Notes: generated from the sequence alone by a model not told the origin. 64,000 nucleotides of DNA from a virus (IMGVR_UViG_3300037420_001238:3306-67305); one strand, 5' to 3'; shown: positions 23,924 through 32,537, counted from the first letter of the stretch. Numbers and translations: made by a program.

Positions 23924-24363
23924 TGAAAACGACGCCCAAGCGCAAACCCGTCCGCATGCCCTCGCTCGCCATCGTCACCGCCGACTTCAACGCTGGCATG
24001 ACCAACGAGCAGATGTCCGAAAAATACGATGTCGCTGTGTCGGCGGTGTCTGCCTATCTCAGCCGAAACAGCCTTCATCGTCGGATCAAGGCTTTCATTC
24101 CAGCCGATGACACGATCATCGAATGCCTGGAAGCTGGAATGGCTTGCCATCAGATTGCCGAGCTACACGGTGGCAAGGCCGACAATATCTCGCGCTACAT
24201 TCGCCAGCATGGACTGCGGAAAGGCATCACACCGAAGCCAGATGTCAAGCAGAATACAGAGTCGAAGGGACTGCGGCCGACGCCCTTCAAGGTCATCAAC
24301 CATTATGGCGTGAGCATCCCTCGCATCCCGACGCTCCACGGCGTTTTCGAGGTGCGGCCATGA
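23923..24363 (+). CDS. Tandem HTH-like protein
   Basis: MTNEQMSEKYDVAVSAV and MACHQIAELHG...NISRYI. Confidence 0.6.
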   Translation: MKTTPKRKPVRMPSLAIVTADFNAGMTNEQMSEKYDVAVSAVSAYLSRNSLHRRIKAFIPADDTIIECLEAGMACHQIAELHGGKADNISRYIRQHGLRKGITPKPDVKQNTESKGLRPTPFKVINHYGVSIPRIPTLHGVFEVRP

Positions 24364-24977
24364 GCGTCACAGCTTACCCTCTGGTCTGGCCGTATGGATG
24401 GCCACGCACCCCGTCACACAAGCGCGTCAGCGGCAAAAGCCGCTGGCAGAGCGGCGGCAAGCCATGGACGTTCGACGCTGCCAGGAAGGCTCTTGCTGAC
24501 GAGATTGAGCGCCTTGGTGCGTCGAATGTCGTCCTGTCGACCAATTACGAGCTGCGCCTTGACGGGGCACCACGAGCCGGCGCCCCGAAACCAAACGATG
24601 TCGGTATTGCTGTCTACTTCTCGTACAAGGGCCGGCAGGTCGCTATGGCGCGCGATGCCTTCGACAGAGCAGAAGAGAACATCCGCTCCCTTACCCTGGC
24701 ATTGAGAGCCATGCGCGCGATTGAGGAGCACGGCGGATCGTTGATGATGGACCGCGCATTCGAAGGCTTCATGGCGCTGCCGGCGCCGGGCAGCAAGCGC
24801 CCATGGCGCGAAGTCTTCGGCTTCGGCCCATCTGAGAAGGTCCAGCGGGAAGAGTTGCTGGAGCGGTACCGTTCTAAGGCGAAGTCCGCACATCCTGACG
24901 CCGCCGGCGGATCTCACGATTTATTCACCGAGCTCAACGCCGCCAAAATTGATGCGATTCGGGAGTTGGGGCTATGA
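24360..24977 (+). CDS. Phage protein with C-terminal J domain
   Basis: AYPLVWPYGWPRT N-terminus; YRSKAKSAHPDAAGGSHDLFTELNAA (HPD motif). Confidence 0.9.
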   Translation: MSVTAYPLVWPYGWPRTPSHKRVSGKSRWQSGGKPWTFDAARKALADEIERLGASNVVLSTNYELRLDGAPRAGAPKPNDVGIAVYFSYKGRQVAMARDAFDRAEENIRSLTLALRAMRAIEEHGGSLMMDRAFEGFMALPAPGSKRPWREVFGFGPSEKVQREELLERYRSKAKSAHPDAAGGSHDLFTELNAAKIDAIRELGL

Positions 24978-25174
24978 AATCTCACCTCGTCGACATTGCT
25001 GGCGTGAAGCACGCCGAGACCGCATCCGCCATCCTCTTCTCGGATACCGCCGATCGCGCCGATGCCAAGTGGCTTCCGAAGAGTCAGATCGAATTCCACC
25101 ACGACGGTGGCGACGATCGTTTTGTCACCGTGGTCATGCCGGAATGGCTGGCGATCGAGAAGGAGTTCGTGTGA
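24974..25174 (+). CDS. Conserved small phage protein
   Basis: AET..AIL...WLPKSQIE...V.MPEWLAIEK motif. Confidence 0.8.
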   Translation: MKSHLVDIAGVKHAETASAILFSDTADRADAKWLPKSQIEFHHDGGDDRFVTVVMPEWLAIEKEFV

Positions 25175-25497
25175 TGTCACCATCCGATCTCCTCCGCGCC
25201 TATGCGCAGATTGCCGAGCAAAACCCATTGGAGATGGAGTCAACCGGCGGTCCTAACCTGCAGAAGGCCTTCGTCAGTTTTCTGTCGGAAAACGCATACG
25301 AGGGTGCGGACCTGGTCGACGCCCAGCGCGATATTGCGAACCTGACGGCGAAGTTCCTGGTGGCGATTGTCCTGGCTGCCCACGAAGGGCAGCCATGTTT
25401 CGACTGCATCAACAACTTCCTCCTAGCGCTCGGCACGGCAATTTCTGATGAAGCCGAAGCGCACCTCCAATACCAAGATCCGAAAGGCGCGCACTGA
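25174..25497 (+). CDS. Hypothetical protein
   Basis: TGATG overlaps on both sides. Confidence 0.7.
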   Translation: MSPSDLLRAYAQIAEQNPLEMESTGGPNLQKAFVSFLSENAYEGADLVDAQRDIANLTAKFLVAIVLAAHEGQPCFDCINNFLLALGTAISDEAEAHLQYQDPKGAH

Positions 25498-26063
25498 TGG
25501 CTGGCTCTCTTAACCGTGCAACTATTATCGGCCACCTCGGCGCGGATCCTGAGATCAGACGCAGCAGGGACGGAAAGGCAATCGCCAATCTCCGGGTGGC
25601 CACCTCCGAAACTTGGCGTGACAAAAACTCTGGCGAGAAGAGGGAAAACACCACTTGGCATACAGTGGTTATTTTCAACGAAGGACTCGCCGGCGTCGCC
25701 GAAAAATATCTCCGCAAAGGGTCGAAGGTCTTTATCGAAGGCCAGCTTCAGACCCGCATGTGGGAAAAGGACGGCCACAAGAATTACACGACGGAGATCG
25801 TGCTGCAGGGCTTCAACTCCCAACTGATCCTGCTGGACGGTCGCGAGGGTAACGGCGGCGGTCGGAACGACCGCGATGACGATCGCCGCGGTGGCGATGA
25901 CTATGGCAGCCGCTCTCGCGGTGATGACCGGCGCGGCAATGATCGCGGCGGAGATCGGCGTGACAATCGTGGTGGTCAGCAGCAGCAAAGCCGCGGCGGT
26001 GGCGGTAGCTTTCACGACGACATGTCGGACGACATCCCCTTCGCACCGGAATGGAGGGTGTGA
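25497..26063 (+). CDS. ssb: Single-stranded DNA-binding protein
   Basis: MAGSLNRATIIGHLGADPE, YLRKGSKVFIEGQL and acidic tail DDIPF. Confidence 0.97.
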   Translation: MAGSLNRATIIGHLGADPEIRRSRDGKAIANLRVATSETWRDKNSGEKRENTTWHTVVIFNEGLAGVAEKYLRKGSKVFIEGQLQTRMWEKDGHKNYTTEIVLQGFNSQLILLDGREGNGGGRNDRDDDRRGGDDYGSRSRGDDRRGNDRGGDRRDNRGGQQQQSRGGGGSFHDDMSDDIPFAPEWRV

Positions 26064-26257
26064 TGGTCCGCGCCATCTCTACCGGAGACCGTGTCGAGGT
26101 CAGATTCATAACTCCAGACGGAAACGTTCTCTGGAATCCCGCCACCGTCATCAGACGCCGACTTGACTGCCTTGTCGTAACCATGGCGACCGGGCACCGG
26201 AAGGAAGTCGAGCACGACAAGGGGCTCTATCGGCTGCCAGGGCCTGGTGATGGCTGA
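26063..26257 (+). CDS. Hypothetical protein
   Basis: RBS GGAGG; in operon. Confidence 0.6.
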   Translation: MVRAISTGDRVEVRFITPDGNVLWNPATVIRRRLDCLVVTMATGHRKEVEHDKGLYRLPGPGDG

Positions 26258-26594
26258 CAGAATCCCCTGCATCAACCCGAACTGTCTCCGCACGGCCGAT
26301 GCCTCGAAATATCAGGAAGGCGTCGAGATCATCTGCGGAAAGTGCTTCCGCGCCCTGCCCGATGAGCTTCGCAAAGCGCATCAGCGCTTTTGGCGCGAGA
26401 TGCGCAAGTGGGATCGCCGAATCGCCCGCACCTCCGACGAAATCAAGCTTCAGCAAATGCACGACATTCGTGACAAGTGGGCCCACCGCATCCACGCGAA
26501 CTGGAAAATCATCAAATCCTATTTCACCGACCAGCCGGCGCCAGCCGGCATCGAGAACTTCATGAAGGAGATTGGCCTTGGCGGAAGCAGTTGA
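26250..26594 (+). CDS. Zn-finger-like hypothetical protein
   Basis: IPCINPNC...ICGKCFRALP. Confidence 0.75.
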   Translation: MADRIPCINPNCLRTADASKYQEGVEIICGKCFRALPDELRKAHQRFWREMRKWDRRIARTSDEIKLQQMHDIRDKWAHRIHANWKIIKSYFTDQPAPAGIENFMKEIGLGGSS

Positions 26595-26808
26595 TCATCC
26601 ATCTCACTATGGCGGCGCCGATGATCCCTACGAGGTGATCAAGGTGCTCGAGCACTGGCTGTCGCGCGAGGAATTCATCGGCGCGATGAAGTTCAACATC
26701 ATCAAATACCAGGCCCGGGCCGCCAAGAAGAACGGCGACCAGGATTACCAGAAATCCGCCTGGTATGCGGACTATCTCACCGATTTTCTCAAAAGGAACC
26801 CCAAATGA
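26572..26808 (+). CDS. DUF3310 protein (T7 gp1.7-like nucleotide kinase family)
   Basis: VDHPSHY, NIIKYQARAAKKNG and DYQKSAWY. Confidence 0.88.
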   Translation: MALAEAVDHPSHYGGADDPYEVIKVLEHWLSREEFIGAMKFNIIKYQARAAKKNGDQDYQKSAWYADYLTDFLKRNPK

Positions 26809-27497
26809 CCAGGATCGATGTTCTCGACCACGGATTCGTGCGCCTTATCGACAGCATGGGAACCGACCTCTCCATCGTCCGCGCCGCCCGCGTCTCCTAT
26901 GACGCAGCTTGGCGCGCGGGTGAGGATCAGGGCTCCGATAACCGCCTCATACGTTACTTGTGGAAGAACCGCCACACGACCCCCTTCGAAGCCGTCACCT
27001 TCACGTTTGAGGTCAAGGCGCCGATCTTCGTCTTTCGCCAATGGCATCGCCATAGGACATGGTCGTTCAACGAACTGTCGGCCCGCTATCGCGAGATGCC
27101 GGAAGAGTTCTATCTTCCGGACCCAGCGAAGATCGGCGTGCAATCCAAGGACAATAAGCAAGGGCGCACCACGGAAGAGACTTTGCCGGATTTTTACGAG
27201 CTTCGCGCAAAGCAGTGCCACGCTCTCGAAATCGCATGTATGCAGGCCTTCAACACCTATCGCGACCTTCTTGCCGACGGTTGGCCGCGCGAACTCGCCC
27301 GGTCCATCCTGCCGGTGGCGACCTACAGCCACATGTTTGCCACGGTCAATCTGAGGAACCTGCTGCACTTCCTCGACCTGCGCTGCGATCCACACGCCCA
27401 ATACGAGATCCGCGCCTATGCGGAGGCGCTTCGCAGTCTCGCCTATACCGTGGTGCCGACGGCGATGTCGGCATGGGAGGATGGCGCCAATGTCTAG
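26805..27497 (+). CDS. thyX: Flavin-dependent thymidylate synthase
   Basis: AARVSY, RHTTPFE, RQWHRHRTWSFNELSARY, ELARSILP and HAQYEIR. Confidence 0.97.
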   Translation: MTRIDVLDHGFVRLIDSMGTDLSIVRAARVSYDAAWRAGEDQGSDNRLIRYLWKNRHTTPFEAVTFTFEVKAPIFVFRQWHRHRTWSFNELSARYREMPEEFYLPDPAKIGVQSKDNKQGRTTEETLPDFYELRAKQCHALEIACMQAFNTYRDLLADGWPRELARSILPVATYSHMFATVNLRNLLHFLDLRCDPHAQYEIRAYAEALRSLAYTVVPTAMSAWEDGANV

Positions 27498-27639
27498 CAC
27501 TCTCTTCCGCATCCATTTCCACAGCGGCGAGGAGCCGATCGACCTGTCGGCCGCCAACCCGACGGAAGCCAGGAAGCTGGCGGTCAAGCAGAGACCAGAC
27601 GCTGCCATCAAGAAAATCAAAGTCGTGAAGGGGGATTGA
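27490..27639 (+). CDS. Small hypothetical protein
   Basis: RBS GGAGG; overlaps the thyX stop. Confidence 0.65.
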   Translation: MSSTLFRIHFHSGEEPIDLSAANPTEARKLAVKQRPDAAIKKIKVVKGD

Positions 27640-27640
27640 A

Positions 27641-28096
27641 ATGTTGACCGCCCCCGAAGCTATCGAGCAACTCATTGAAGCCGGCACTCACCGTGTCGAA
27701 ATGAACAACGCCCAGCCCTTCCGCGATAACATCACCTTGGCCGACACCTTGGAAGCCAAGGCGGCCGAGCTAATCTCGCATCTCGCGCGGGAGGAGCAGT
27801 TCTCGCTTCTGGTGCAATGCTATCGATCCGGCCAGATGTCGGAGGCGCAGTGGACGGAGCATCTGAAGGACTCGCGGTTCAAGGAATACCTTTTCCGCGG
27901 AACGATCATGATGCCGGAGCCCACCCCCGCACCGCTAACGGCAGCGGCTATAGCCGATGCGCTGGATGCATTCTGGAATCCAGCCATTGAGGCGACCCGC
28001 ACCAATCGCGCCAATTACGACACTACCGTTGCCGTCGTGTGCATCGCCCAGGGCTTTGCGGCGATCGCCAGGCATCTTCGTGGAGGTGCATCATGA
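27641..28096 (+). CDS. Hypothetical protein
   Basis: In operon; may be a two-module fusion. Confidence 0.65.
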   Translation: MLTAPEAIEQLIEAGTHRVEMNNAQPFRDNITLADTLEAKAAELISHLAREEQFSLLVQCYRSGQMSEAQWTEHLKDSRFKEYLFRGTIMMPEPTPAPLTAAAIADALDAFWNPAIEATRTNRANYDTTVAVVCIAQGFAAIARHLRGGAS

Positions 28097-28623
28097 TCAT
28101 CACAGACAAGATGGCAGAGGTCGCGGCTCGCATCCTCAACAAGCGTCTTGCCGAGGGCAACCTCTATGGCGTCAGCAGGGAAATGCTTGAGGCAGCCCTT
28201 GCGGCAGCGCCAGCAGACGCGGTCAAGCGCAGCGACATAGTTCGGTGGATCGAATGGGCTGGCGGCGACTTCTTGCCGCTTCCGCCTGAAATGCAGGTCA
28301 CGGTCCTTCTTCGTGATGGATCTACCGAAGGGCCAGCTAGGGCGCTTGAATTCGCAGGAGAGAATAGCTGCTGGAAACATCGCGGCACCAGTGGAGACAT
28401 TGTCGCCTATACTAGCGATCTCCTTTTCGCCTCGCCAGTCGCACAGGCGACGGATGTGCCTGACGGGTGGAAGCTCGTGCCGGTCAGGCCAACCGAGGAG
28501 ATGATCCAGTCCGCGGTGGATACCACAACTATTTCGCACAATTTTTGCGAAGCGGATTTGGAAGACATCTATTTGACCATGGTGGCGATTGCACCAACGC
28601 CAAAAGCGGAGGGCGACCGATGA
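28093..28623 (+). CDS. Mosaic phage protein (VPDGWKLVPxxPTxEM module)
   Basis: RBS GGAGG; carries typical phage early-gene modules. Confidence 0.75.
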   Translation: MIITDKMAEVAARILNKRLAEGNLYGVSREMLEAALAAAPADAVKRSDIVRWIEWAGGDFLPLPPEMQVTVLLRDGSTEGPARALEFAGENSCWKHRGTSGDIVAYTSDLLFASPVAQATDVPDGWKLVPVRPTEEMIQSAVDTTTISHNFCEADLEDIYLTMVAIAPTPKAEGDR

Positions 28624-29105
28624 AACCCACCCTCACCCACCGCTACCTCTTCAGCAAGGAAGAGATCATCGCCGCTCTGTTCGACGTGAAGCCGACCTGC
28701 GATTATCCGGAGATCCGGATCGACGGCGACGAGGTCGTGATCGAATTCGTAAATCCGAAGCATGTCGAGCAGCAGCTCACCACCCCCGAGGACGACACCT
28801 TCCCGGGCGACCAGCCATCCAAGACGGACGACGAAGACGAGCGGCTATCCCCGCTGGAATATTCCCAGAAGGTCGAACAGCAACAGCGCAAGCCCGCCGG
28901 CGAGAATGAACGCGAGGCGCTCGACCTCTGCGGCCAGAAGATCTTTCAGACCTTCCTTGAGGTGAAGACCGAGGAGGCTGCCCAGCGCGTGCTGCTGGAG
29001 CGATGCCACGCCAAATCTTTGTCTGAACTCGATACCGTGAAGTCCTGGCGGGCCAACTTCAGAGACGTCGTCGCCGAGTTCGACATGTGGATGCGGGGGG
29101 ACTGA
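28620..29105 (+). CDS. Hypothetical protein
   Basis: RBS GGAGG; ATGA overlap. Confidence 0.7.
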   Translation: MKPTLTHRYLFSKEEIIAALFDVKPTCDYPEIRIDGDEVVIEFVNPKHVEQQLTTPEDDTFPGDQPSKTDDEDERLSPLEYSQKVEQQQRKPAGENEREALDLCGQKIFQTFLEVKTEEAAQRVLLERCHAKSLSELDTVKSWRANFRDVVAEFDMWMRGD

Positions 29106-29106
29106 A

Positions 29107-29304
29107 ATGTCGTCCTCGCCCACATCCGATACGAAGCGGGTGCGTGCGAGCGAGCGCGCATTACGCCTCACTTTGAAGGCCATGAAGGACGCTGGCATTG
29201 CTGTGGACAAGGTGTGCATAACCGGTGCACAGATCGAAATCCATTGTGGCGGAGTTGAAGAAGTAAAACCGCAGGAAAACGATAGGCGCATCAAACAATG
29301 GTGA
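29107..29304 (+). CDS. Putative excisionase / recombination directionality factor
   Basis: Small basic ORF overlapping the integrase start; LKAMKDAGIAVDKVCI pattern. Function is inferred from position. Confidence 0.45.
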   Translation: MSSSPTSDTKRVRASERALRLTLKAMKDAGIAVDKVCITGAQIEIHCGGVEEVKPQENDRRIKQW

Positions 29305-30380
29305 GGCGCGCCTTGAAAATAGACTACAAGGGGCTGATAGAGGAGACGCTCCCCTCTGGGAATAAGCGCTATCGTGTGCGCCAGGAAGGGAACCCGAAAA
29401 AACGCATCCTGATCCACTGCGGGCCAGAACACGAGGAATTCAACAAGCAATATCTCGCCGCGCGCGCCGGACTGCAGCCGGACCCTATCAAGGAAGCGCA
29501 TGAGTATGCCATCCCGCGCACGATCGCGTGGCTGGTAACGCTGTATTTCAAGCATTTGAAAGGTCGCGTCAAAGCTGGGACGATGAGCCCGAAGACGCTG
29601 AAAAAGAAGAAGAACCTGCTCAATCGTCTTCTGAAGCACGCCGACTATGCGATGCTGATCCCGCAGGAAAAGCTGATTGAAATGCAAGACGCGATGGTCG
29701 AGACGCCTGCCCAGGCCGACGCATTCATAGAAGCGATCGGCGTAATGTACGATTGGGCGATTGAGCGCAAGTTCATCTCTGTCAACACCGCCCGCGGCAT
29801 CACATCGATCTACGAGAAGGGTCTCGGCGCCATCCCATGGAAGGCGGCCGACGTGAAGGCGTTCTATGCGAAGCACAAGCCTGGCAGCAAACCTCACGTC
29901 GCCATGTCCATCCTGCTTTGGACCGGCTGCCGCATCGAGGATCTGACGATGCTCGGACGGAAATACGAATGCGTGATTGACGGCGTTGAGGCGCTTCGCT
30001 GGACGCCGAATAAGAAAGGATCGTCAGAGGTCTGCATCCCCTTCCTTGAGTCGCTCAAGGCTGCTGTGCGCGCTCCCAAGGTCCAAGGCGCAACCTATGT
30101 GCTTGGCCGAGGCGGCAAACCCTATGCCAGCGGCGATTCGATGTCGGCGACGTTCAAGTATTGGTGCGTCGAAGCCGGACTGCCCACGCTGTCAGCTCAT
30201 GGCGTTCGCAAGGGGTTAGCCGAACTGCTGGCAGAACTTGGATGCAGCGAATACGAGATCATGGCGATTCTTGGCCATTCGGAAGCGAAGACGACGGAAG
30301 TTTACACCAAACGTGTCAGCCGGTGGAAGCTGGCGAAAAAAGCGCTTGATCGGGTCGATGTGTCCCAGGCTTGGTCTTGA
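29298..30380 (+). CDS. int: Tyrosine integrase
   Basis: TGCRIED (R), AHGVRKG (HxxR), ILGH and EVY catalytic residues. Confidence 0.95.
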   Translation: MVRRALKIDYKGLIEETLPSGNKRYRVRQEGNPKKRILIHCGPEHEEFNKQYLAARAGLQPDPIKEAHEYAIPRTIAWLVTLYFKHLKGRVKAGTMSPKTLKKKKNLLNRLLKHADYAMLIPQEKLIEMQDAMVETPAQADAFIEAIGVMYDWAIERKFISVNTARGITSIYEKGLGAIPWKAADVKAFYAKHKPGSKPHVAMSILLWTGCRIEDLTMLGRKYECVIDGVEALRWTPNKKGSSEVCIPFLESLKAAVRAPKVQGATYVLGRGGKPYASGDSMSATFKYWCVEAGLPTLSAHGVRKGLAELLAELGCSEYEIMAILGHSEAKTTEVYTKRVSRWKLAKKALDRVDVSQAWS

Positions 30381-30416
30381 TCGTGGGACACCCTGTTTTC
30401 TCAACCCATTGGACTG

Positions 30417-30448
30417 GAAAAGAAAAACCCGGCCGAAGCCGGGCTCTT
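30417..30448. terminator. Rho-independent terminator (U tract on minus strand; possibly bidirectional)
   Basis: Minus strand reads CCCGGC-TTCG-GCCGGG-TTTTTCTTTT. Confidence 0.85.
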
Positions 30449-30469
30449 TGGTGCGGTCGAGAAGACTCG
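30449..30469 (-). other. attP core duplicating a tRNA 3' end (probably tRNA-Leu)
   Basis: Minus strand CGAGTCTTCTCGACCGCACCA is a partial T arm, acceptor strand and CCA, next to int and followed by a terminator. It matches my recollection of rhizobial tRNA-Leu(GAG), which I have not verified. Confidence 0.8.
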
Positions 30470-30538
30470 GCGATAATACTCAAGGCGGTGAAAATCTCGA
30501 AAAAAGTGCCCACGCGAAAGACATTTTCTGACGCAATG

Positions 30539-30551
30539 AATCAATAGGTTA
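30539..30551 (+). promoter_or_regulatory. IHF binding site in attP arm
   Basis: AATCAATAGGTTA is an exact match to WATCAANNNNTTR. A one-mismatch site TCTCAACCCATTG lies at 30399-30411. Confidence 0.7.
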
Positions 30552-30609
30552 TTGGTCGCCTGTCCCATGTTTTTTCTCCACAGTTTTGAATGTCTGTGGA
30601 AAATCCGCA

Positions 30610-30658
30610 TTGACTCTTTCATTCCGCACTCGCATTTTTGCGTGAACACAAAGAGAAC
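30610..30658 (+). promoter_or_regulatory. SOS promoter with alphaproteobacterial LexA box
   Basis: TTGACT(30610)-N17-CATTTT, then GAAC-ACAAAGA-GAAC (30644-30658), a perfect GAAC-N7-GAAC. Confidence 0.8.
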
Positions 30659-30676
30659 AGAGCCGAGGTATTGCGC

Positions 30677-31063
30677 ATGGCCATTCGCCCCCAGAACGAC
30701 AATAGGCGCGTGGCGGCGCCACGCCTACGCCCGGAGCCAGACATGGTCGCCATGATCGTCAGGGGCTACAATATGGGCTCTATCCGGAATGGCTGGGTGG
30801 TCTACTTCAAGGATAGAAAATCGCCTCCGCATGCCGGCCTAGTCGACGAACTGTGCGTGGTAAAGCCGAAGGGTGGAGACGCGCTGCTGCGCTTCCTCAA
30901 GAGTGGCCGAAAGCCCGGCGCGTGGGACTTGGTGTCCGTCACAGGCGACCCTATCCTCGACGCGGATCTGGAGTGGGCGGAGCAGGTCGATTGGATACGC
31001 CCGCACCGCATGGGCGACTCGGACATCGCCATGCTGGCTGGAACCGGCGAATACATCGGGTAG
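30677..31063 (+). CDS. Stand-alone, catalytically inactive CI C-terminal-domain paralogue
   Basis: Aligns by eye to the CTD of the cI at 17080. No HTH. Catalytic S is replaced by N (GYNM) and K by R (LLRFL). RBS GAGG. Confidence 0.75.
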   Translation: MAIRPQNDNRRVAAPRLRPEPDMVAMIVRGYNMGSIRNGWVVYFKDRKSPPHAGLVDELCVVKPKGGDALLRFLKSGRKPGAWDLVSVTGDPILDADLEWAEQVDWIRPHRMGDSDIAMLAGTGEYIG

Positions 31064-31067
31064 GCAA

Positions 31068-31364
31068 ATGAACACCCACAGCACGCTTGGTGACATGCTG
31101 GACGCCAACTTCAGGGTCTATGTGTGCTGCGAGACCTGGGGCTGCCAGAACGTCAAGGCAGCCAATCTGGAGGCTCTGGCGGCCAAGTATGGCCGCGATC
31201 ACGGCGCAATGCATTGGGATCTGGTCAAGCTCCCCTGGCGCTGTGATAAGTGCCAAGGGCGCAAGGTGAGCTTCCGGCTGGAGCCGGGCAGCAAGCAGTA
31301 CCTGTTCACCCGCCATGTCGACGAGGATCATTCGTTCGGAATAAAAAAAGACCGGCAGCCGTGA
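31068..31364 (+). CDS. Small Zn-binding protein
   Basis: CCETWGC...LEALAAKYG.D...WRCDKCQG. Confidence 0.75.
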   Translation: MNTHSTLGDMLDANFRVYVCCETWGCQNVKAANLEALAAKYGRDHGAMHWDLVKLPWRCDKCQGRKVSFRLEPGSKQYLFTRHVDEDHSFGIKKDRQP

Positions 31365-31410
31365 GGCCGCCGGGAGACTGGAGGGTATAACGCAGGAAGG
31401 GGTGTGTAGG

Positions 31411-31755
31411 TTAGTTCCGGCGGCGCTCGATCTCCCGCTGGATGTGCATCTCTTCGCGGATACGGTTGAGTTCGGCCGCCATCAAGTTGTCTACCCTGAT
31501 TTTCTCCTTTGCTGCGTCAAGTATCTGATCAAGGGTGGCGGTAAGCGCCGCAACTTGATCGGTCATTCGGTTGAGGGCTGTTGGATCGACAATGACCGCC
31601 GCTACTTGGGCGGCTGGCACTCCTTTGGCTGGATCGATCTTGCGGCCTTCGAGGATGCCGAGCCGCGCTACCCAGATGACGATGGCGCTTACTGCGGAAA
31701 AGGCGATCGCCGCTGGCAGAGGAAGCGCAGAGACGAACTTAATTAGCTCTTCCAT
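31411..31755 (-). CDS. N-terminal TM + coiled-coil protein (lysis-associated)
   Basis: LPAAIAFSAVSAIVIWVA TM followed by a heptad-like region. Confidence 0.7.
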   Translation of the reverse strand: MEELIKFVSALPLPAAIAFSAVSAIVIWVARLGILEGRKIDPAKGVPAAQVAAVIVDPTALNRMTDQVAALTATLDQILDAAKEKIRVDNLMAAELNRIREEMHIQREIERRRN

Positions 31756-32257
31756 TTGCTTCCCCGACGTCATGCGCTGCGCTGTAGACATTCGCCAGTT
31801 CAGTAACGACGAACATCGGATATATCACCACCCACCAACCAAAAATGCCAGAGAGTGTGAAACAATAGGTGATACCAGCGAAGATCAGACATCCGCAGGC
31901 TGCCGAAAACATTCTGATATGCGGGGTGACGTTCTTTCTGGCCCCGTTGATGATCAGACCAACAATGCGCAGAATGCCGAGCGCCGCCAAGCAGATGCCG
32001 AGCAAACTCTCATTGCCGAAGATGTGGCGGAACCCAGAATAGCCCGGAAGATCGAACAGGCTCCCCGGGAACAAGGTGACGAAACCCAACATGGCCGTGA
32101 TCGTCGCCAGCAGCCATTCCGTTCGCCGCGTTCGGAACCGATGCTGAATTCTGATCCATATGCCCGGCCCGAGATATCCGGCAGGCGGTTGTTCTTGTTC
32201 CATGGCGACCATCTGTTTGAACGTGTTCCTCAGTTCCTCGGCATCGATTTCTTCCAT
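31739..32257 (-). CDS. Four-TM membrane protein (holin-like candidate)
   Basis: Four hydrophobic segments; downstream of the spanins. Confidence 0.65.
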   Translation of the reverse strand: MEEIDAEELRNTFKQMVAMEQEQPPAGYLGPGIWIRIQHRFRTRRTEWLLATITAMLGFVTLFPGSLFDLPGYSGFRHIFGNESLLGICLAALGILRIVGLIINGARKNVTPHIRMFSAACGCLIFAGITYCFTLSGIFGWWVVIYPMFVVTELANVYSAAHDVGEANGRAN

Positions 32258-32312
32258 GGCGAAGTGTCCTTTCGCCCCTGGTTATGCGGCCGAAGGCCCC
32301 TCGCCGCCATTC

Positions 32313-32537
32313 TCATTTCTTGCAGCCCGCCATCTTCATGCAGGTCGCATTGTGCGCGAGAACCTGCTTCGCAAACGGCAGGTCGTTGTTGACCATATAG
32401 GCCTTCGTTGCCGGTGCCGGCGTCAGCAGCGAAAAGCCGGAGCCATCATTCGCAGTGGCTCTTACCGTCTGCGAACACCCACTGCAGACCAAAATCATGG
32501 CAAACAGCGGCAGCATCATACTTGTCGAAATGCGCAT
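32313..32537 (-). CDS. o-spanin (Rz1-like lipoprotein)
   Basis: Signal peptide with lipobox ILVCSG|C; overlaps the 3' end of the i-spanin in another frame. Confidence 0.75.
   Translation of the reverse strand: MRISTSMMLPLFAMILVCSGCSQTVRATANDGSGFSLLTPAPATKAYMVNNDLPFAKQVLAHNATCMKMAGCKK

Noticed and set aside
30449-30469. Phage-encoded tRNA gene
   Set aside because: Only the last 21 nt of a tRNA are present. This is an att core, not a gene.
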